Source: Tubiluchus corallicola
Taxonomy: Eukaryota > Animalia > Priapulida
Assembly: GCA_030141605.1 (NCBI GenBank)
Contig: JAQGDQ010000117.1
Span: forward strand, 372,001-436,000
Length of the DNA: 64,000 nucleotides
Direction: 5' to 3'
The stretch's first letter is position 1, and each line of letters begins with the position of its first letter. This document shows positions 63,415-64,000 of this stretch, piece by piece. The notes under the pieces were generated by a model that had not been told where the DNA came from, ran no database searches, and saw nothing but the letters and a program-made list of their open reading frames with translations. The translations under genes were made by a program, and so were the position numbers.

Positions 63415-63587
63415 CTCAAAGACATGGCGGCGGTGGACACGGTGGTAGTGGACATGGTGGCAGGGGTGGTGGATTCGGTGGGTATGGACATGGTGGTGGA
63501 CAAACCTACTCCGGCTATGTACGTGGACCTGGCAAAACCAGCTTTGGCATTGGCCTTGGATTTCCTATCACTAATGGACGTCACTAA
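63415..63587 (+). CDS. Alternative terminal coding module C (Gly/His-rich with a hydrophobic tail); 105-aa isoform
   Basis: Acceptor acttccag at 63414 is in phase with the 62163 donor: (P)QRHGGGGHGGSGHGGRGGGFGGYGHGGGQTYSGYVRGPGKTSFGIGLGFPITNGRH*. Confidence 0.7.
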
Positions 63588-64000
63588 AATTGCACCATTT
63601 TTTCTTCTTGCTGGAAAGAATTAATCCGCTAAGCTAACAATTATTATATTCAAATAACAACACTATCACTGTTGTTGTCGTATTATAGTAATGACAGTAT
63701 TGCCATTATTTGTTATTATAAGTTTGTTGAGATGTTAATGTCCGTTTCGTAATGTCCAGAACCAATTCCAAAGATTTATGTTTGTTTACAATTGTTAAGT
63801 ACTATATTATGCGTCGTTAACTTGTTGAGGTTGTTATTATTACTATTATTTTAACCACTATGGTATTAAATTAGCTAGTTTTAAAAAGTATTATCGAAAA
63901 ACTGCACAGAAAGATAATAAGAGTTCGGCCCATATGCATTCATTCAAAAGTTTATAACTTTATATGGAAGTTTGTAGGCGTCTTACCCTAATGTTCATCT

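Noticed and set aside
62869-63624. ORF-track proteins rich in V/D/M/A (62869-63402, 63424-63624) and antisense T/A-rich ORFs
   Set aside because: Off-frame readings of GGN-rich codons; the splice phase from exon 62052-62163 selects the Gly frame.

Overview
AT-rich, intron-containing animal genomic DNA. It is not prokaryotic, and the ORF track is mostly noise. Gene density, intron sizes and chordate-like proteins suggest an invertebrate chordate, probably an ascidian/tunicate (inference). Hand splicing gives four conserved genes with frame-consistent exons: SAMD8/SMSr (minus, 8 coding exons, 430 aa), GMCL1/germ cell-less (plus, 14 coding exons, 499 aa, one GC-AG intron), NAF1 (minus, 6 coding exons, 592 aa) and TIMM23 (plus, 6 coding exons, 197 aa). 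NAF1 and TIMM23 are head-to-head around an NRF1 palindrome. Introns and intergenic DNA hold CR1/L2-type LINE relics, a tRNA-derived SINE, several MITEs and microsatellites. The most interesting part is 52-64 kb: two tandem genes for secreted low-complexity proteins that I do not recognise. They share the same exon layout and an N-terminal motif [LY]P[YFW]x[KR]GExxY[IV]G[YN][IV]PP. One carries about 49 Asn-rich heptapeptide repeats. The other ends in three back-to-back Gly/His-rich coding modules, each with its own in-phase splice acceptor and stop codon and separated by homologous 25-nt spacers, which looks like an alternative-3'-acceptor switch for C-terminal modules.
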